This document shows positions 18,954-29,065 of a stretch of 64,000 bases of DNA, piece by piece (positions within the stretch are counted from its first letter, which is position 1; the number at the start of each line of letters is the position of its first letter). Location of the stretch: the sequence record PQ850608.1; one strand, written 5' to 3'. The DNA is from Escherichia phage HermannAdler_Bas98. The position numbers and the translations under genes were made by a program. The notes under the pieces are model-generated. The model ran no database searches. It was not told where the DNA came from and was given only the letters and a program-made list of their open reading frames with translations.

Positions 18954-21692
18954 ATGCAAAAGTTTGACACAAACCTGTTGCAAAACCTTAAGTGGATGCA
19001 GAACAATGCACCAAACATTACATCTTTGGTGCAAAAGAAAAGTGACTGGTATGAAAGATACCAAGATCAGTTTTGGACTGACTGGTACAATAACATTTTT
19101 AACATTGACACTTGTGATGCAATGGGCATTTATATTTGGTGCGACATTCTTTGCATACCAAGAGACTTTGTGGACTTAAGCAATTATGAGCACAACTGGG
19201 CGTTTGGACCGACGCGCGACAACTTTGAAGGTGCGGACAACATCGGCGGCAACTTCTTTGGTGCTGGCGGGAAGGTTGTAAAGAATATCGAAGAAGCGCG
19301 CATACTTCTTAAGCTTCGTTATCTGACGCTTACAAGTGATGGTCGCATCGAAAGTATCAACCGCATGCTTAAGTGGATTTTCAACCGTGGAGAGGCTTGG
19401 GATTACTCTTCATCACGCTACGCATACGTGACCGACAACACTCAAGGTGCGGTGTCTTCATCTGAATCAACAAATGGATCATTCCTTCTATACGACTGGC
19501 AGGGGTCGACTGAGATTCAGCACGATTATAAGCAGATACTTTTAAGCCATGGCAACAACGCCGGACTGACTATCAGCGGAGTGTCAGGCACCGTGTCACG
19601 GATGGCGCACCCAGATTGGTACTCATGGGGGAATGGTTCCGGCACAGGTCTTGTCGGCGGCGACACCAGACAGTATGGTGGGCCTGATTACTATGGGCAG
19701 TTGTGTGGTGATTACCCAGGCGAGGCCATAGAGAATTTTGCCAACGCAGTAAGGGTCATCAAGACGGCTTCAAGCGGTGATCCTGTGTATTCTTTGGCCA
19801 ATAATCCAAGTGCCAAATCAATTTCGCTTCCTTCGCAGGCTGGCGTCAACGTTTGCTATAGCTTCTACATAAAGGTGCTTTCTGAAAATGTCGCTTCTGT
19901 TTCTGTTACAGAGAATAGTGATGCATCGAGTAATGGAAAGCTGTTTGACCCCGTCACTGGCCAGTTCAACTTGGACCCGTCATTGAGTTATTTCATCAAA
20001 GGCAAATTCGATGGAGTAAGAAGGGAATCAAACCGTGGTGGCATAAAAGCAATTGGCGGCGATTGGTATCGAATCTGGATTGTAGAGCAGACGGCAACCG
20101 CTGCTTCTGGAGTAAGTACCAGCTTTTCAATAGAGTTGAAGGCGACTGCCGCTGGATCAACTCAAACTCGTGAATTGCCTGAAGGGTCTGATGCTCTTTT
20201 GTTTGGATACTCGATTTGCGTCTGCGACCCTGTTCAGAATCCAAATGGACCTGAGCCTTATTTTTATGGAACGCAAAACCCTCCTTCTGACGGAACAGCA
20301 ATCCTGTCTGTAACGGCGGGAACACTCAATAACATCTCCTGTGCAAACGGACCGCTGACGACAAGAAACGGTGTGGTTGGCGAGTCATTCATGCAACCTG
20401 GCTCATCACTTGCATACTCTGGCTCAATCGGTGGCTACCCGTACCCAGGGAACGCCACGCTGATTGCAGAGACTGATGGAATCAGACGCTCATGGAACGT
20501 TAGCAGGCTGGATGGAGTACCGCCGCCGCCGACCGCCGACTATTACATGGAATACGTCATCGGACCTTATTTCGCCAACAACCTGTCTGACAACTTTAAG
20601 ACGCTAGTTGGCGACAGGAATGAAGGATTCTTGCCAGCAAATGCCGGAATACGTTGGCAGCTTTACCAAGAAGTCGCAGACTTATCTGATATTGATTTGA
20701 CCGTCAGCAACATAACAGACACGCGAGTAGGATTCGAAACGGAAGGTGTCGCATGGATTAACACTGACGGCATCATCAGAGTTGGCGGCATTAACGAGTG
20801 GCCGCTGAACAACTTCAACGGTGTGATACGCCAGCTTGAATCTTTGAAAGGTGTAAACCAGGTCGTCGACGGCGCACTTGTCAACGACTATTCAATCTCA
20901 AAAGCATCAAGAGATGACTTTGGTCGTGAAATACCACGCGCGCCAATCACTAACTATTGGCGCTACACACAGCCAAATGACGGTACATCTTTTGGCAATA
21001 TCATTGAGGATGGCGCAAACACTGTCACAGCGACGCCAATCAGCGGTGCGCCCAACCAGTTCCCATCATTCAAGCTTTCCGCTACAATAGGGACTGTGCC
21101 AGCATCCGGTTATGCACGCGCTGTGCTTGCTACTAAATACACTGGCACCCTGACTGGCCCTTTGTCATTTATCGCAATAGTCAAAAACAACACGGTTAAC
21201 GGTCAAAAACTTTTTGTAACTGTACCGGATGGGATGGGTGGCTATATCCCTAAATTCTACAACATAGGCGCAGGTGATTTGCAACGTATCGAAATTGACC
21301 TTGCCGCTGAGATTGTTGAAGGCGCTACCTGGGATGGATCAACAGGCGGCATCAGCATCGGTTTGATATCAGGGAAAGACTTGCCGACCGAAGTTGGTAC
21401 GACTCTTGAACTTGATATTTTAAGCTTGATGCTTGTGTCTGGTAGTACGATGAATGCGCTTGCAATTTCAACAAGCGAAGATTTTGCAAAGAAAACTGCG
21501 ACTTCTATATACATCAAAAACCCAGGATCACTTGCCACTGGAGTTCAATTGATTGCTTCTAATGGTGATGTTGTAGCAACAGTAAACTTTCCGAGAAGTG
21601 CTGCTGGTGGTTATGTTTCAAGCATGAACATAACTGACTTAACTGGTGATTGGGCATCAACCCTTTTATCAAAAATTAAATACATCGTGTAG
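18954..21692 (+). CDS. large tail fibre / baseplate wedge protein
   Basis: 912 aa Gly/Ser/Thr-rich ORF, GAGGAA RBS. Confidence 0.5.
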   Translation: MQKFDTNLLQNLKWMQNNAPNITSLVQKKSDWYERYQDQFWTDWYNNIFNIDTCDAMGIYIWCDILCIPRDFVDLSNYEHNWAFGPTRDNFEGADNIGGNFFGAGGKVVKNIEEARILLKLRYLTLTSDGRIESINRMLKWIFNRGEAWDYSSSRYAYVTDNTQGAVSSSESTNGSFLLYDWQGSTEIQHDYKQILLSHGNNAGLTISGVSGTVSRMAHPDWYSWGNGSGTGLVGGDTRQYGGPDYYGQLCGDYPGEAIENFANAVRVIKTASSGDPVYSLANNPSAKSISLPSQAGVNVCYSFYIKVLSENVASVSVTENSDASSNGKLFDPVTGQFNLDPSLSYFIKGKFDGVRRESNRGGIKAIGGDWYRIWIVEQTATAASGVSTSFSIELKATAAGSTQTRELPEGSDALLFGYSICVCDPVQNPNGPEPYFYGTQNPPSDGTAILSVTAGTLNNISCANGPLTTRNGVVGESFMQPGSSLAYSGSIGGYPYPGNATLIAETDGIRRSWNVSRLDGVPPPPTADYYMEYVIGPYFANNLSDNFKTLVGDRNEGFLPANAGIRWQLYQEVADLSDIDLTVSNITDTRVGFETEGVAWINTDGIIRVGGINEWPLNNFNGVIRQLESLKGVNQVVDGALVNDYSISKASRDDFGREIPRAPITNYWRYTQPNDGTSFGNIIEDGANTVTATPISGAPNQFPSFKLSATIGTVPASGYARAVLATKYTGTLTGPLSFIAIVKNNTVNGQKLFVTVPDGMGGYIPKFYNIGAGDLQRIEIDLAAEIVEGATWDGSTGGISIGLISGKDLPTEVGTTLELDILSLMLVSGSTMNALAISTSEDFAKKTATSIYIKNPGSLATGVQLIASNGDVVATVNFPRSAAGGYVSSMNITDLTGDWASTLLSKIKYIV

Positions 21693-21702
21693 AGGAACGG
21701 CA

Positions 21703-23490
21703 ATGCCAACACTTATTAACAGACCTTTCGCGCAAAGCGGTGATGTATCCGTGGTGCCGGATGCAAGCCCAAGCGGTTATGTGAACTTCCAGCGCGGCTA
21801 CACCCCTGACTATGCACTTGCGCTGGAAGCCGGAAACGTCGCTGCGAAAGCAGTTGAACGTGAGTCGATGAACTGGTTGCTGAATCTGATCACCGACAAC
21901 CTTATGTTCATCCAGGACCACGGCGCTCAACAGTATTTCTCGTCTGACTTGAAGCCAGATGGATACCCGAAAAATGCCATCGTTGTCAGCAACTCTGGCA
22001 CCCCTTCAGCGCCTGAATGGCGCATTTTCCAGAGCGTGGTTGACGGCAACACCAGCGCAGTACCAGCTAACGGCGAAACGGAATCTTGGCAAGAATTGAC
22101 GCTGCCTAGCGAAGCGCGAAAATATATTCCTATGCCTGCTGGCGGCGATGCGCAAAACCCGTATTTTGTTCGCGGACTGATTTCAAACTTTGTGGACTTT
22201 GATAATATCACGACTTCCACAACTATTGTTATTCAATCTGACGCAGTCGCCGCTCTATGCTCTAACATCCCGAACGCGGTTGGTGCGACGAAGGTTGCAG
22301 GTCGTCTACAGGTTTGCGCTTGGCAGGTTGATGCGCAGACTTTCGCCCTGCAACAATACACGTCAATGAACGGATATGTTTTCACCCGCTCTTATACGTC
22401 TGGTGCTTGGAGTGCTTGGATTCAAAATGCAACTGTTCAAGACGTGCAAATCGGCACGCCGAATCTTGCATCAGGTAAAGGCGCACAAGATATAATCCTT
22501 ACCGTTCCGGCAGGTTATGCATGGCCGCCGTCAGCAGGTAGTCGCCTGACAATTGTCAATGATGTAACGACTACCGGACCTGTTACCGTGACCATTGGTG
22601 CAAACAAAGTTGCAGTCCTTGGATTCGACGGCGGCGAGCTGCCAGCAGGGTCCATCGTCGGCCTTCTTCCTTTTACTATTATTTATGACGGCACCGTTTG
22701 GCGTCTTCTTCAAGCATTCGGCGCGGCGCAAATCGGTGTCGATGCTAGTGAGCCGCAACAGTTTGTTACAAAGCGCCAACTCGATGCTCTGGCCGCGAAG
22801 TTGATCACTATGGGTGATGTGTTCGAAGTCGGTGAGACTCGATTCTTGACTAATGGCACCAACCCAAATACTAAACTGGGCGCTTACGGTCAGGTATGGA
22901 CCAGATTGCCTGATAACATGGTCATCAGGACGTCTGGCACGGCAAGAAACGGTCTTGACACTGGAGGTGCAGACTCTGTTACTCTTACTGCCGCCATGCT
23001 TCCTCTGCACAATCACAGCGTGAACATAACTACGCGACAAAGTGGTCCATGGTCCAATACCACTGGAGACGCAGGCAACCATAACCACACAGGCGATACC
23101 AGTCAAAACGGTGCTCACGTGCACGGAATGGATTCAGCAGGTAACCACCACCATGACAGTAGCTGGGGTGAAGCAAATACGAATGATGCGCGGTATGGCG
23201 TGTATGATGGGACGCACAACAACTTCGGAAGTCGAAAGGGCGGCGACTGGGACAACTATAAATACAACACCTCAACTAACGGCAACCACGTTCACAATAT
23301 TCAATCTTCTGGGTCACACACTCATGGGTTGAATATAAATTACGCTGGCAATCACAGCCATGGATATACCCTCCCCGCTCACACTCACGATGTGGTCGGT
23401 AACACTGGCGATGCAGGGCAGTCCGTCCCAACGGCTGTTTCAACTCTGCCGCGATATGTCGTCTTGAACGGCTGGTACAGAAGCGCATAA
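21703..23490 (+). CDS. tail fibre protein with C-terminal histidine-rich repeats
   Basis: GAGGAA RBS; C-terminal NHNHTGDTSQNGAHVHGM...NHHHDS...HTHGLNINYAGNHSHGYTLPAHTHDV repeats. Confidence 0.55.
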   Translation: MPTLINRPFAQSGDVSVVPDASPSGYVNFQRGYTPDYALALEAGNVAAKAVERESMNWLLNLITDNLMFIQDHGAQQYFSSDLKPDGYPKNAIVVSNSGTPSAPEWRIFQSVVDGNTSAVPANGETESWQELTLPSEARKYIPMPAGGDAQNPYFVRGLISNFVDFDNITTSTTIVIQSDAVAALCSNIPNAVGATKVAGRLQVCAWQVDAQTFALQQYTSMNGYVFTRSYTSGAWSAWIQNATVQDVQIGTPNLASGKGAQDIILTVPAGYAWPPSAGSRLTIVNDVTTTGPVTVTIGANKVAVLGFDGGELPAGSIVGLLPFTIIYDGTVWRLLQAFGAAQIGVDASEPQQFVTKRQLDALAAKLITMGDVFEVGETRFLTNGTNPNTKLGAYGQVWTRLPDNMVIRTSGTARNGLDTGGADSVTLTAAMLPLHNHSVNITTRQSGPWSNTTGDAGNHNHTGDTSQNGAHVHGMDSAGNHHHDSSWGEANTNDARYGVYDGTHNNFGSRKGGDWDNYKYNTSTNGNHVHNIQSSGSHTHGLNINYAGNHSHGYTLPAHTHDVVGNTGDAGQSVPTAVSTLPRYVVLNGWYRSA

Positions 23491-23498
23491 GGTGATTT

Positions 23499-24143
23499 AT
23501 GATTAATGCAAACGTAATATCTAAAGGGACCGGATGCAGCATGGATGTTGCTGAAAAATGGGTCGACCCCTTCAAGCAGGCTTGTGAGCACTACGGAATC
23601 AAAAGCAAGAATGCCATCGCTGCGCTGCTTGCAAACGTAGGAGTGGAAACAGGCAGTCTGAAGACCTTTGTGGAAAACCTGAATTATTCCGCTCAAGGTC
23701 TTGCTAATACGTGGCCTAGCCGTTACAGCGCCAGCGGTCGTTTCGGTGGCGCACCAAACTCCTTGGCATTGTCGATTGCCCGTAAACCAATGGAAATCGC
23801 CAATAATACATATGCAAACCGAATGGGAAATGGTTCGGTAGCATCTGGCGACGGTTGGAAGTACCGTGGCCGTGGTGCCATTCAGCTGACTGGAAAGGAT
23901 AACTATGCAGAGTATTCAAAGCAATCAGGGTATGACGCATTGAATAACCCTGACATTTTGACTGAGCCGAAATACATTGCTGACAGCGCGGCATGGTTCT
24001 TCAAGAACAGCGGTTGCATTCCACTTGCCGATGCGGGCGCATTTGATTCGACCGTGAAGCGGATTAACGGGGCCGCGCCAAATACGGCTAACCATGGGGA
24101 TTTGCGACGGAAGCGTTACAAGGAAGCACTAGCAGTTATGTAA
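23499..24143 (+). CDS. endolysin, glycoside hydrolase family 19 (chitinase-like lysozyme)
   Basis: AALLANVGVETGSL and YRGRGAIQLTGKDNY match GH19 catalytic blocks. Confidence 0.7.
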   Translation: MINANVISKGTGCSMDVAEKWVDPFKQACEHYGIKSKNAIAALLANVGVETGSLKTFVENLNYSAQGLANTWPSRYSASGRFGGAPNSLALSIARKPMEIANNTYANRMGNGSVASGDGWKYRGRGAIQLTGKDNYAEYSKQSGYDALNNPDILTEPKYIADSAAWFFKNSGCIPLADAGAFDSTVKRINGAAPNTANHGDLRRKRYKEALAVM

Positions 24144-24144
24144 G

Positions 24145-24175
24145 AAAAGGCCCATATGGGCCTTTGTTTATTTTA
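24145..24175. terminator. bidirectional terminator between convergent modules
   Basis: Perfect palindrome AAAGGCCCATATGGGCCTTT followed by T-rich tract. Confidence 0.55.
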
Positions 24176-24398
24176 CGGCTTCAACCTGGACGGGCGGCGC
24201 GGAACTTGTATCGATGTCTGGCAAGTCGAAGTAATACCCCGCCATGCCAATCACGCCAACAATCGCGGCCCGTGCCACCTTGTTGCTAATTGACTCCCCA
24301 ATAAGCTTTACCAACAGGGACAAGATTTGAGACGTCAAAGCCTTTTTCAGCCTTTTGTTTTCTTCCAAATCTTTCTGCATAACTACCACCCATGTCAA
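24168..24398 (-). CDS. small membrane protein (possible holin)
   Basis: 76 aa; hydrophobic segment AAIVGVIGMAGYYF; adjacent to endolysin. Confidence 0.3.
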   Translation of the reverse strand: MTWVVVMQKDLEENKRLKKALTSQILSLLVKLIGESISNKVARAAIVGVIGMAGYYFDLPDIDTSSAPPVQVEAVK

Positions 24399-24937
24399 CG
24401 CACATCCTGTGTCTTAACATTACCTGAAGCATCTCTTAATGGCAGTGGATAGTAGGCCATTTGGTAGTCTGATACGCCTTCAACATGATAAAACACGATT
24501 ACGTCTTTGCTGTTGATGAGCATGTTAACGACATCTGATTTATCTTCTGGAGTGAGTATGAGTGCGCCGCCTGTCCTGCTGTCTACTGCAACAGGGTATG
24601 TCTTATCGACAAGGCCGCTGTCCAATGTATTATACCTGACAACGATTTCAGGGGCATCAACTTTTGCAATTGACATTCCGAACACAAACGACACGACTTG
24701 GCGACCGCGATCATTCATTACGCACATCTTTTCCTTGTCAAACCTTTCCTTTATCACATCGTATTTATTCCAGCAAAATTCGAACGATTGGCCGTTGTTA
24801 AAATATCTCGTTAACACTTTGGCATTACTATTTGGCGGCGTAAACATACTTTCAGCCGCTGCACTTTTGGTGAAGAACAAAACTGTCAGCATAGCCATGA
24901 TGATGATCAAAACAATCTTTAAGTTTTTCGATTTCAT
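24395..24937 (-). CDS. secreted protein of unknown function
   Basis: N-terminal signal peptide MKSKNLKIVLIIIMAMLTVLFFTKSAAA. Confidence 0.5.
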   Translation of the reverse strand: MKSKNLKIVLIIIMAMLTVLFFTKSAAAESMFTPPNSNAKVLTRYFNNGQSFEFCWNKYDVIKERFDKEKMCVMNDRGRQVVSFVFGMSIAKVDAPEIVVRYNTLDSGLVDKTYPVAVDSRTGGALILTPEDKSDVVNMLINSKDVIVFYHVEGVSDYQMAYYPLPLRDASGNVKTQDVR

Positions 24938-25113
24938 TATAATTCACCTTTTGATTACGAATATTAATAGTATAGGCCGAAGGTTTTGAAAGTAAATAAG
25001 GCGAAAGGTAAATAAAAGAAAAGCCGGAGATTTCCGGCTTTATGTATACACTGTATATTAAATTCTATAAAACGACGCGATAGATTATCCGCACCAATTA
25101 CTTATCTAGTGTC

Positions 25114-26091
25114 TTAAAAATACTCCATATCGGTAATATCACGGAAGCATTTATACAAAGCAGAGCGCGGCACGTCGACGATGCCAAAGTTAAAGAATTT
25201 ATACGTTAGGTATTTATCGCGATAGTTCTCGCGATTCTCCCAAAGCATTTTACGCTCTGCCATAGGCATTGAACCAGCGGAGACGCGGAAAGGAATCATT
25301 TCACCTTTCTCATCCACATATTTTGGATTGACGACTACGAATGAGCCAAGGTATCCTTTCGCAACTAAACCTTCAGCCTCTTTTGAACGCTTGGTGCGAC
25401 CCAATTCGTCAATGAATGCTTCGTTGTTGTTCTCCATCATCTCAACGAAGTCTATGATCAACCCTTCTTCATCGGTCCACGGCTTGTCCTTCCACACATC
25501 ACGTGACTTCGGCGTCGCGCGGCCATGCTTATATTTGCCCGTCCAAGACTTGCCATACAAGCCTTCATAGCCAAGCTGGTCTGCTTCGATTTGCATTGCC
25601 GCGTACTGGTCCATATTTTCGATGTTGCGATATTCGAGAGCGCGAAGGAATGGACGTCGGCCATGGTCAATGAGATGTTGATTGACCTCAGCAACACGTC
25701 GATTGTACTTCTCATAACGGGCCGAGAATGGCAAATCAGGTTCGCTAAAGTCATCAAACACCCACCATGTAAAGTTAGTGATTGCATCAGTGTTCATGCA
25801 TGCAGTATAGGCCTGTTGCATGACGTTCTTGTCATTTGGATTGCCGTCGATTAGCTCTCCATCAAGTCCGTGAATTAATTCACCCAAGAAGAGGAACTCT
25901 TTTTTGATTTGAATGTTGCGCAGCGCCATGCCGGACGTGCCCATTGGCAAGTTGTCATACGCCATTGCGCGTATGCCATCGACCTTGAATGACAATCCGC
26001 AAGGCAGCGGCACGTCTTCGCCGCGCTCGATTATTTGCTTACGCTGGCAACCCTTCATTGGTTTTAATGCTTTGATTTCTCCTGCCATCAC
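25114..26091 (-). CDS. ATP-dependent DNA ligase
   Basis: Motif I FKVDGIR (KxDG) and motif IV-like EGLVAKG. Confidence 0.65.
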   Translation of the reverse strand: MMAGEIKALKPMKGCQRKQIIERGEDVPLPCGLSFKVDGIRAMAYDNLPMGTSGMALRNIQIKKEFLFLGELIHGLDGELIDGNPNDKNVMQQAYTACMNTDAITNFTWWVFDDFSEPDLPFSARYEKYNRRVAEVNQHLIDHGRRPFLRALEYRNIENMDQYAAMQIEADQLGYEGLYGKSWTGKYKHGRATPKSRDVWKDKPWTDEEGLIIDFVEMMENNNEAFIDELGRTKRSKEAEGLVAKGYLGSFVVVNPKYVDEKGEMIPFRVSAGSMPMAERKMLWENRENYRDKYLTYKFFNFGIVDVPRSALYKCFRDITDMEYF

Positions 26092-26681
26092 TCAAACTCC
26101 TTATTCATCACTTGTTCCAGCGCATAGGCGTAATCCTGATCAGTCGATTTGATAAACGTGCCGTTGTACATGACGCCTTTGCGGTCTTTGATGTCTTCGT
26201 AGGCAGCTTGCGCACAGTCGGATAAGCGAAGGCCATAATCATGAGCTACGCCGGAAAGGTAATCGACTGCGGCCATGATGGTGACGTCAATATCCATGGT
26301 TTGATTCTTGGCAATAGCATCACCAAGTCGTCCAAGGGTCTTTGCCAGGCGAAGGATAAATGAATGAGGGTGAGCGCCTTTATCAGCGCAACCGCCGCCA
26401 TTAATGTTTTCGATTTCAGCACCGTTTTGCGCTGCCAGGATGGTCAACACAACAAGGCAATCGCCAATGTCGTCCTTAATTGCAGCTTGCAAGTCACAGA
26501 TGGCCTGCTCTGTATATCCAATTTCAGGGTCGAAGAACACAAGGTCATGGAGTTGATCAACGTGGTCGGTTAACTCCCCAAACTCGCTGATAAGCTTCGG
26601 GTATTGGTCCTTAAGGTCGCAACCTTGGATGATGTTACGGTCAGAAGCCCACTGGCGAATGTTTGCATAAATCTGTTTCAT
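26088..26681 (-). CDS. MazG-like nucleotide pyrophosphohydrolase
   Basis: Two all-alpha repeats with EFGELTDHV...DIGDCLVVLTILAAQNG pattern. Confidence 0.5.
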   Translation of the reverse strand: MKQIYANIRQWASDRNIIQGCDLKDQYPKLISEFGELTDHVDQLHDLVFFDPEIGYTEQAICDLQAAIKDDIGDCLVVLTILAAQNGAEIENINGGGCADKGAHPHSFILRLAKTLGRLGDAIAKNQTMDIDVTIMAAVDYLSGVAHDYGLRLSDCAQAAYEDIKDRKGVMYNGTFIKSTDQDYAYALEQVMNKEFE

Positions 26682-27196
26682 TTATTTTCCTTTGATGCAT
26701 TGAATTGATCGATTTTTATTTTAGCCTGATTATAAGTATCAATCAAGCCATTAACTTTCTCTTTTAATCGATTTGTTTCTGCGGCGAACTGAACAAGAAA
26801 TCTGACATCTTCTTCTGATAGTCCACAGTTTCCTTCTGGGATAGAGAGGCGTCCAGTGGTCGCAGAGTCGGGCACACTCCTGAGTAACTCACGGGAGCAG
26901 CTGAGTTGCTCGCGCAGCTTGATATTCCCAGACTTGTAACGAGCAATAGTGTCATCAGCAACCAGTTGCGCTTCCTGGCGACCTTTCTCATATGCCGATG
27001 CCGATTCAACCTGTAAAGATGCAATTTGCTCTTCGAGTGCATTTATCTTGTCCTTACGCTCATTAAGCGATGTCAGATATTGATTATCCTTGGCCAGTGA
27101 TGCGTTGGTTTGCTGCAGGTCTTCAACGTATGATCCAGCGGCAAACGCGCCAACAAGGGCCAGAATCTTCAGGAGCGGTACAATTCTTTCTATCAT
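26678..27196 (-). CDS. i-spanin (Rz-like)
   Basis: N-terminal TM anchor LLKILALVGAFAAGSYV then coiled-coil-rich periplasmic domain; contains embedded lipoprotein ORF. Confidence 0.5.
   Translation of the reverse strand: MIERIVPLLKILALVGAFAAGSYVEDLQQTNASLAKDNQYLTSLNERKDKINALEEQIASLQVESASAYEKGRQEAQLVADDTIARYKSGNIKLREQLSCSRELLRSVPDSATTGRLSIPEGNCGLSEEDVRFLVQFAAETNRLKEKVNGLIDTYNQAKIKIDQFNASKENK
26764..26991 (-). CDS. o-spanin (Rz1-like), embedded in +1 frame within the i-spanin gene
   Basis: MRKVARKRNWLLMTLLLVTSLGISSC: lipoprotein signal with lipobox-like ISSC, Pro-containing mature part; entirely inside 26678-27196. Confidence 0.4.
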   Translation of the reverse strand: MRKVARKRNWLLMTLLLVTSLGISSCASNSAAPVSYSGVCPTLRPLDASLSQKETVDYQKKMSDFLFSSPQKQID

Positions 27197-27253
27197 GATG
27201 CACCAGATAAATAAAAGGCCGCCAATCGGCAGCCTTGTTGATTTGATTGTCGA

Positions 27254-28114
27254 TTAAAACTCTTCTGCGTCGGTCGGAGTTTCATTGACAGGACCAGCGG
27301 CACCGCTTGCTTCTTCCTGCTTGCTGCGGTCGATGTTGACGTTGCCGCCCACTACGTCATTGTGGAATGCCTTGGCGACTTCGTACAGACCTTTGTCCTG
27401 CACCAGACCTTCCAACTCAAACTTCAGAACGGACCAGGTGTTGCCGTCTTTGGACTGAGATGCAGTGCCCATGCGAACAATGTTCATAAAGGTCGGCGGC
27501 GTTTTCAGGCCCTGCGGAGTCTGAACTTTCTTCTGCTGCAGAGCGGTCATCAGCATGCGAGACGGCTTGATCATGGAAGAAGTCAGGGACAGCATTGCGC
27601 TACCAAATTCACCCGTTTCTTCGTTCAACAGAATCACGAAGTGGTTACGTGTATCTGCATAGTAAGGAGATTTCTTCTCGTGCACTTTGCCGTTTTCGTC
27701 CGGCACAAATACCTTACCGTTGATCTCAACAGCGCGGCCTGCCGCGACTTCTGCATCAACGTGCTCTTTGGTGAATTCACCTTTAAAGCCTTTATCGTCG
27801 GACTCGCGACCGCCCCAAAGGATGAAGGTGCGTTTGAATGCGCAAGGGATGATCTGCACGCCTTTCTTGCCGTCATACAACTCACCAGTGACGGTGTTGT
27901 ACAGCATGCCAGCTTTTGCGCCAGGAACGTGTTTAGGATCATCTTCGTCGACCATAGGTGACATCTTCTGCAGGACGACGATAAAAGGAATGGCATACGC
28001 ATCGGCATCGGCACCTTCAAAACCAGCGCCAAAATCGGTCATGTCGACAAAATCAGCCATAGCGGACATCTGGGTGTTTTTCACTGCAACTTCGGTGGTT
28101 TCTTTCTTAGACAT
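27254..28114 (-). CDS. putative ssDNA-binding protein (gp2.5-like)
   Basis: Acidic C-terminal tail ending ...ETPTDAEEF (terminal Phe as in T7 gp2.5-type SSBs); location in replication module. Confidence 0.3.
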   Translation of the reverse strand: MSKKETTEVAVKNTQMSAMADFVDMTDFGAGFEGADADAYAIPFIVVLQKMSPMVDEDDPKHVPGAKAGMLYNTVTGELYDGKKGVQIIPCAFKRTFILWGGRESDDKGFKGEFTKEHVDAEVAAGRAVEINGKVFVPDENGKVHEKKSPYYADTRNHFVILLNEETGEFGSAMLSLTSSMIKPSRMLMTALQQKKVQTPQGLKTPPTFMNIVRMGTASQSKDGNTWSVLKFELEGLVQDKGLYEVAKAFHNDVVGGNVNIDRSKQEEASGAAGPVNETPTDAEEF

Positions 28115-28173
28115 TTGATATTTTCCTATAGTATCAAGTTTCGTGGCAACCTGATTTCAAGATAAAGGTTAAA

Positions 28174-28731
28174 TTACTTTTTGCTTTTAGGCAAGGTTAT
28201 TTTAGCTTCTTTGTATTCAAAAACGCTAATATCTTCACTAACTGGATTGCCTGCTTCCAGCTGTTCTTTTACAAACGACTTCAGTGTAGCAGAATGAACG
28301 CCTTGTTTCAATGTGGCTTCAACACCATCTTCACGCAGCGCGGCAACAATCTCTTGCGCCTGTTCGATTTCTTCGCGACCGAACTCAGCCGTGACGCTGG
28401 ACTTGATCAGGCCGCCGTAACCGTTGTTGACAAGCCAATCGAAAACTTTTAATTCGTTTTCTTTCTTGATCGAAGCATTCACCTTGGACTCGACCTTGAT
28501 TTTGGTCTTGTCCTCAAGCTTGATCTCAGACACGCCAAGCTCCTCCATAACGCCAGGAAGCAGAACAGTTTTGATTTCACTGATGCGCTGCTTTTGCATA
28601 TCAGCTTCATCTTCAAGCTCTGTCAAAGCCTCTTGGCGTTCTGCCAGTTCAGATACTAAGCGCGCAAGGCGCTCTTGAATGCTCTCAGGAGCGACCTGCG
28701 GCAAATCATCTTCCCAATTAATATTGCTCAT
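28174..28731 (-). CDS. hypothetical protein
   Basis: 185 aa coiled-coil-rich ORF. Confidence 0.5.
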   Translation of the reverse strand: MSNINWEDDLPQVAPESIQERLARLVSELAERQEALTELEDEADMQKQRISEIKTVLLPGVMEELGVSEIKLEDKTKIKVESKVNASIKKENELKVFDWLVNNGYGGLIKSSVTAEFGREEIEQAQEIVAALREDGVEATLKQGVHSATLKSFVKEQLEAGNPVSEDISVFEYKEAKITLPKSKK

Positions 28732-28991
28732 ATTTTACCTTCTTGCATTAACCCTTCAACACGGGTCATTTGATAACGTTCAGGTTTCCAAGCAGCCAAA
28801 GCCTTCTCAGCGCCTTTTAAGGTTTTATACGCCTTGATGCCAGGCATAATAACGGTATTCACCCCAGCACCGTTGCCATGATCAAACTCTTTAACAACGC
28901 GAAACATTCCGTCAATTTCTTTGACCAAAAGACGTTTGAAAGCGATTGCGCCAGTAGCTTCATTTTTGTAACGTTCAAGGATGCGTACCAT
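28728..28991 (-). CDS. hypothetical protein
   Basis: 87 aa ORF overlapping downstream gene start. Confidence 0.5.
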   Translation of the reverse strand: MVRILERYKNEATGAIAFKRLLVKEIDGMFRVVKEFDHGNGAGVNTVIMPGIKAYKTLKGAEKALAAWKPERYQMTRVEGLMQEGKI

Positions 28992-29065
28992 TTTGTATTC
29001 CTCTGTTTCGTTTCGATGAAGTAATTATGACTCATCTTCCGTGACAAGTCAAATTATTTTTGATA

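Noticed and set aside
27362-28118. Plus-strand ORFs 27362-27961 and 27687-28118
   Set aside because: Antisense to the SSB-like gene; no RBS; composition atypical
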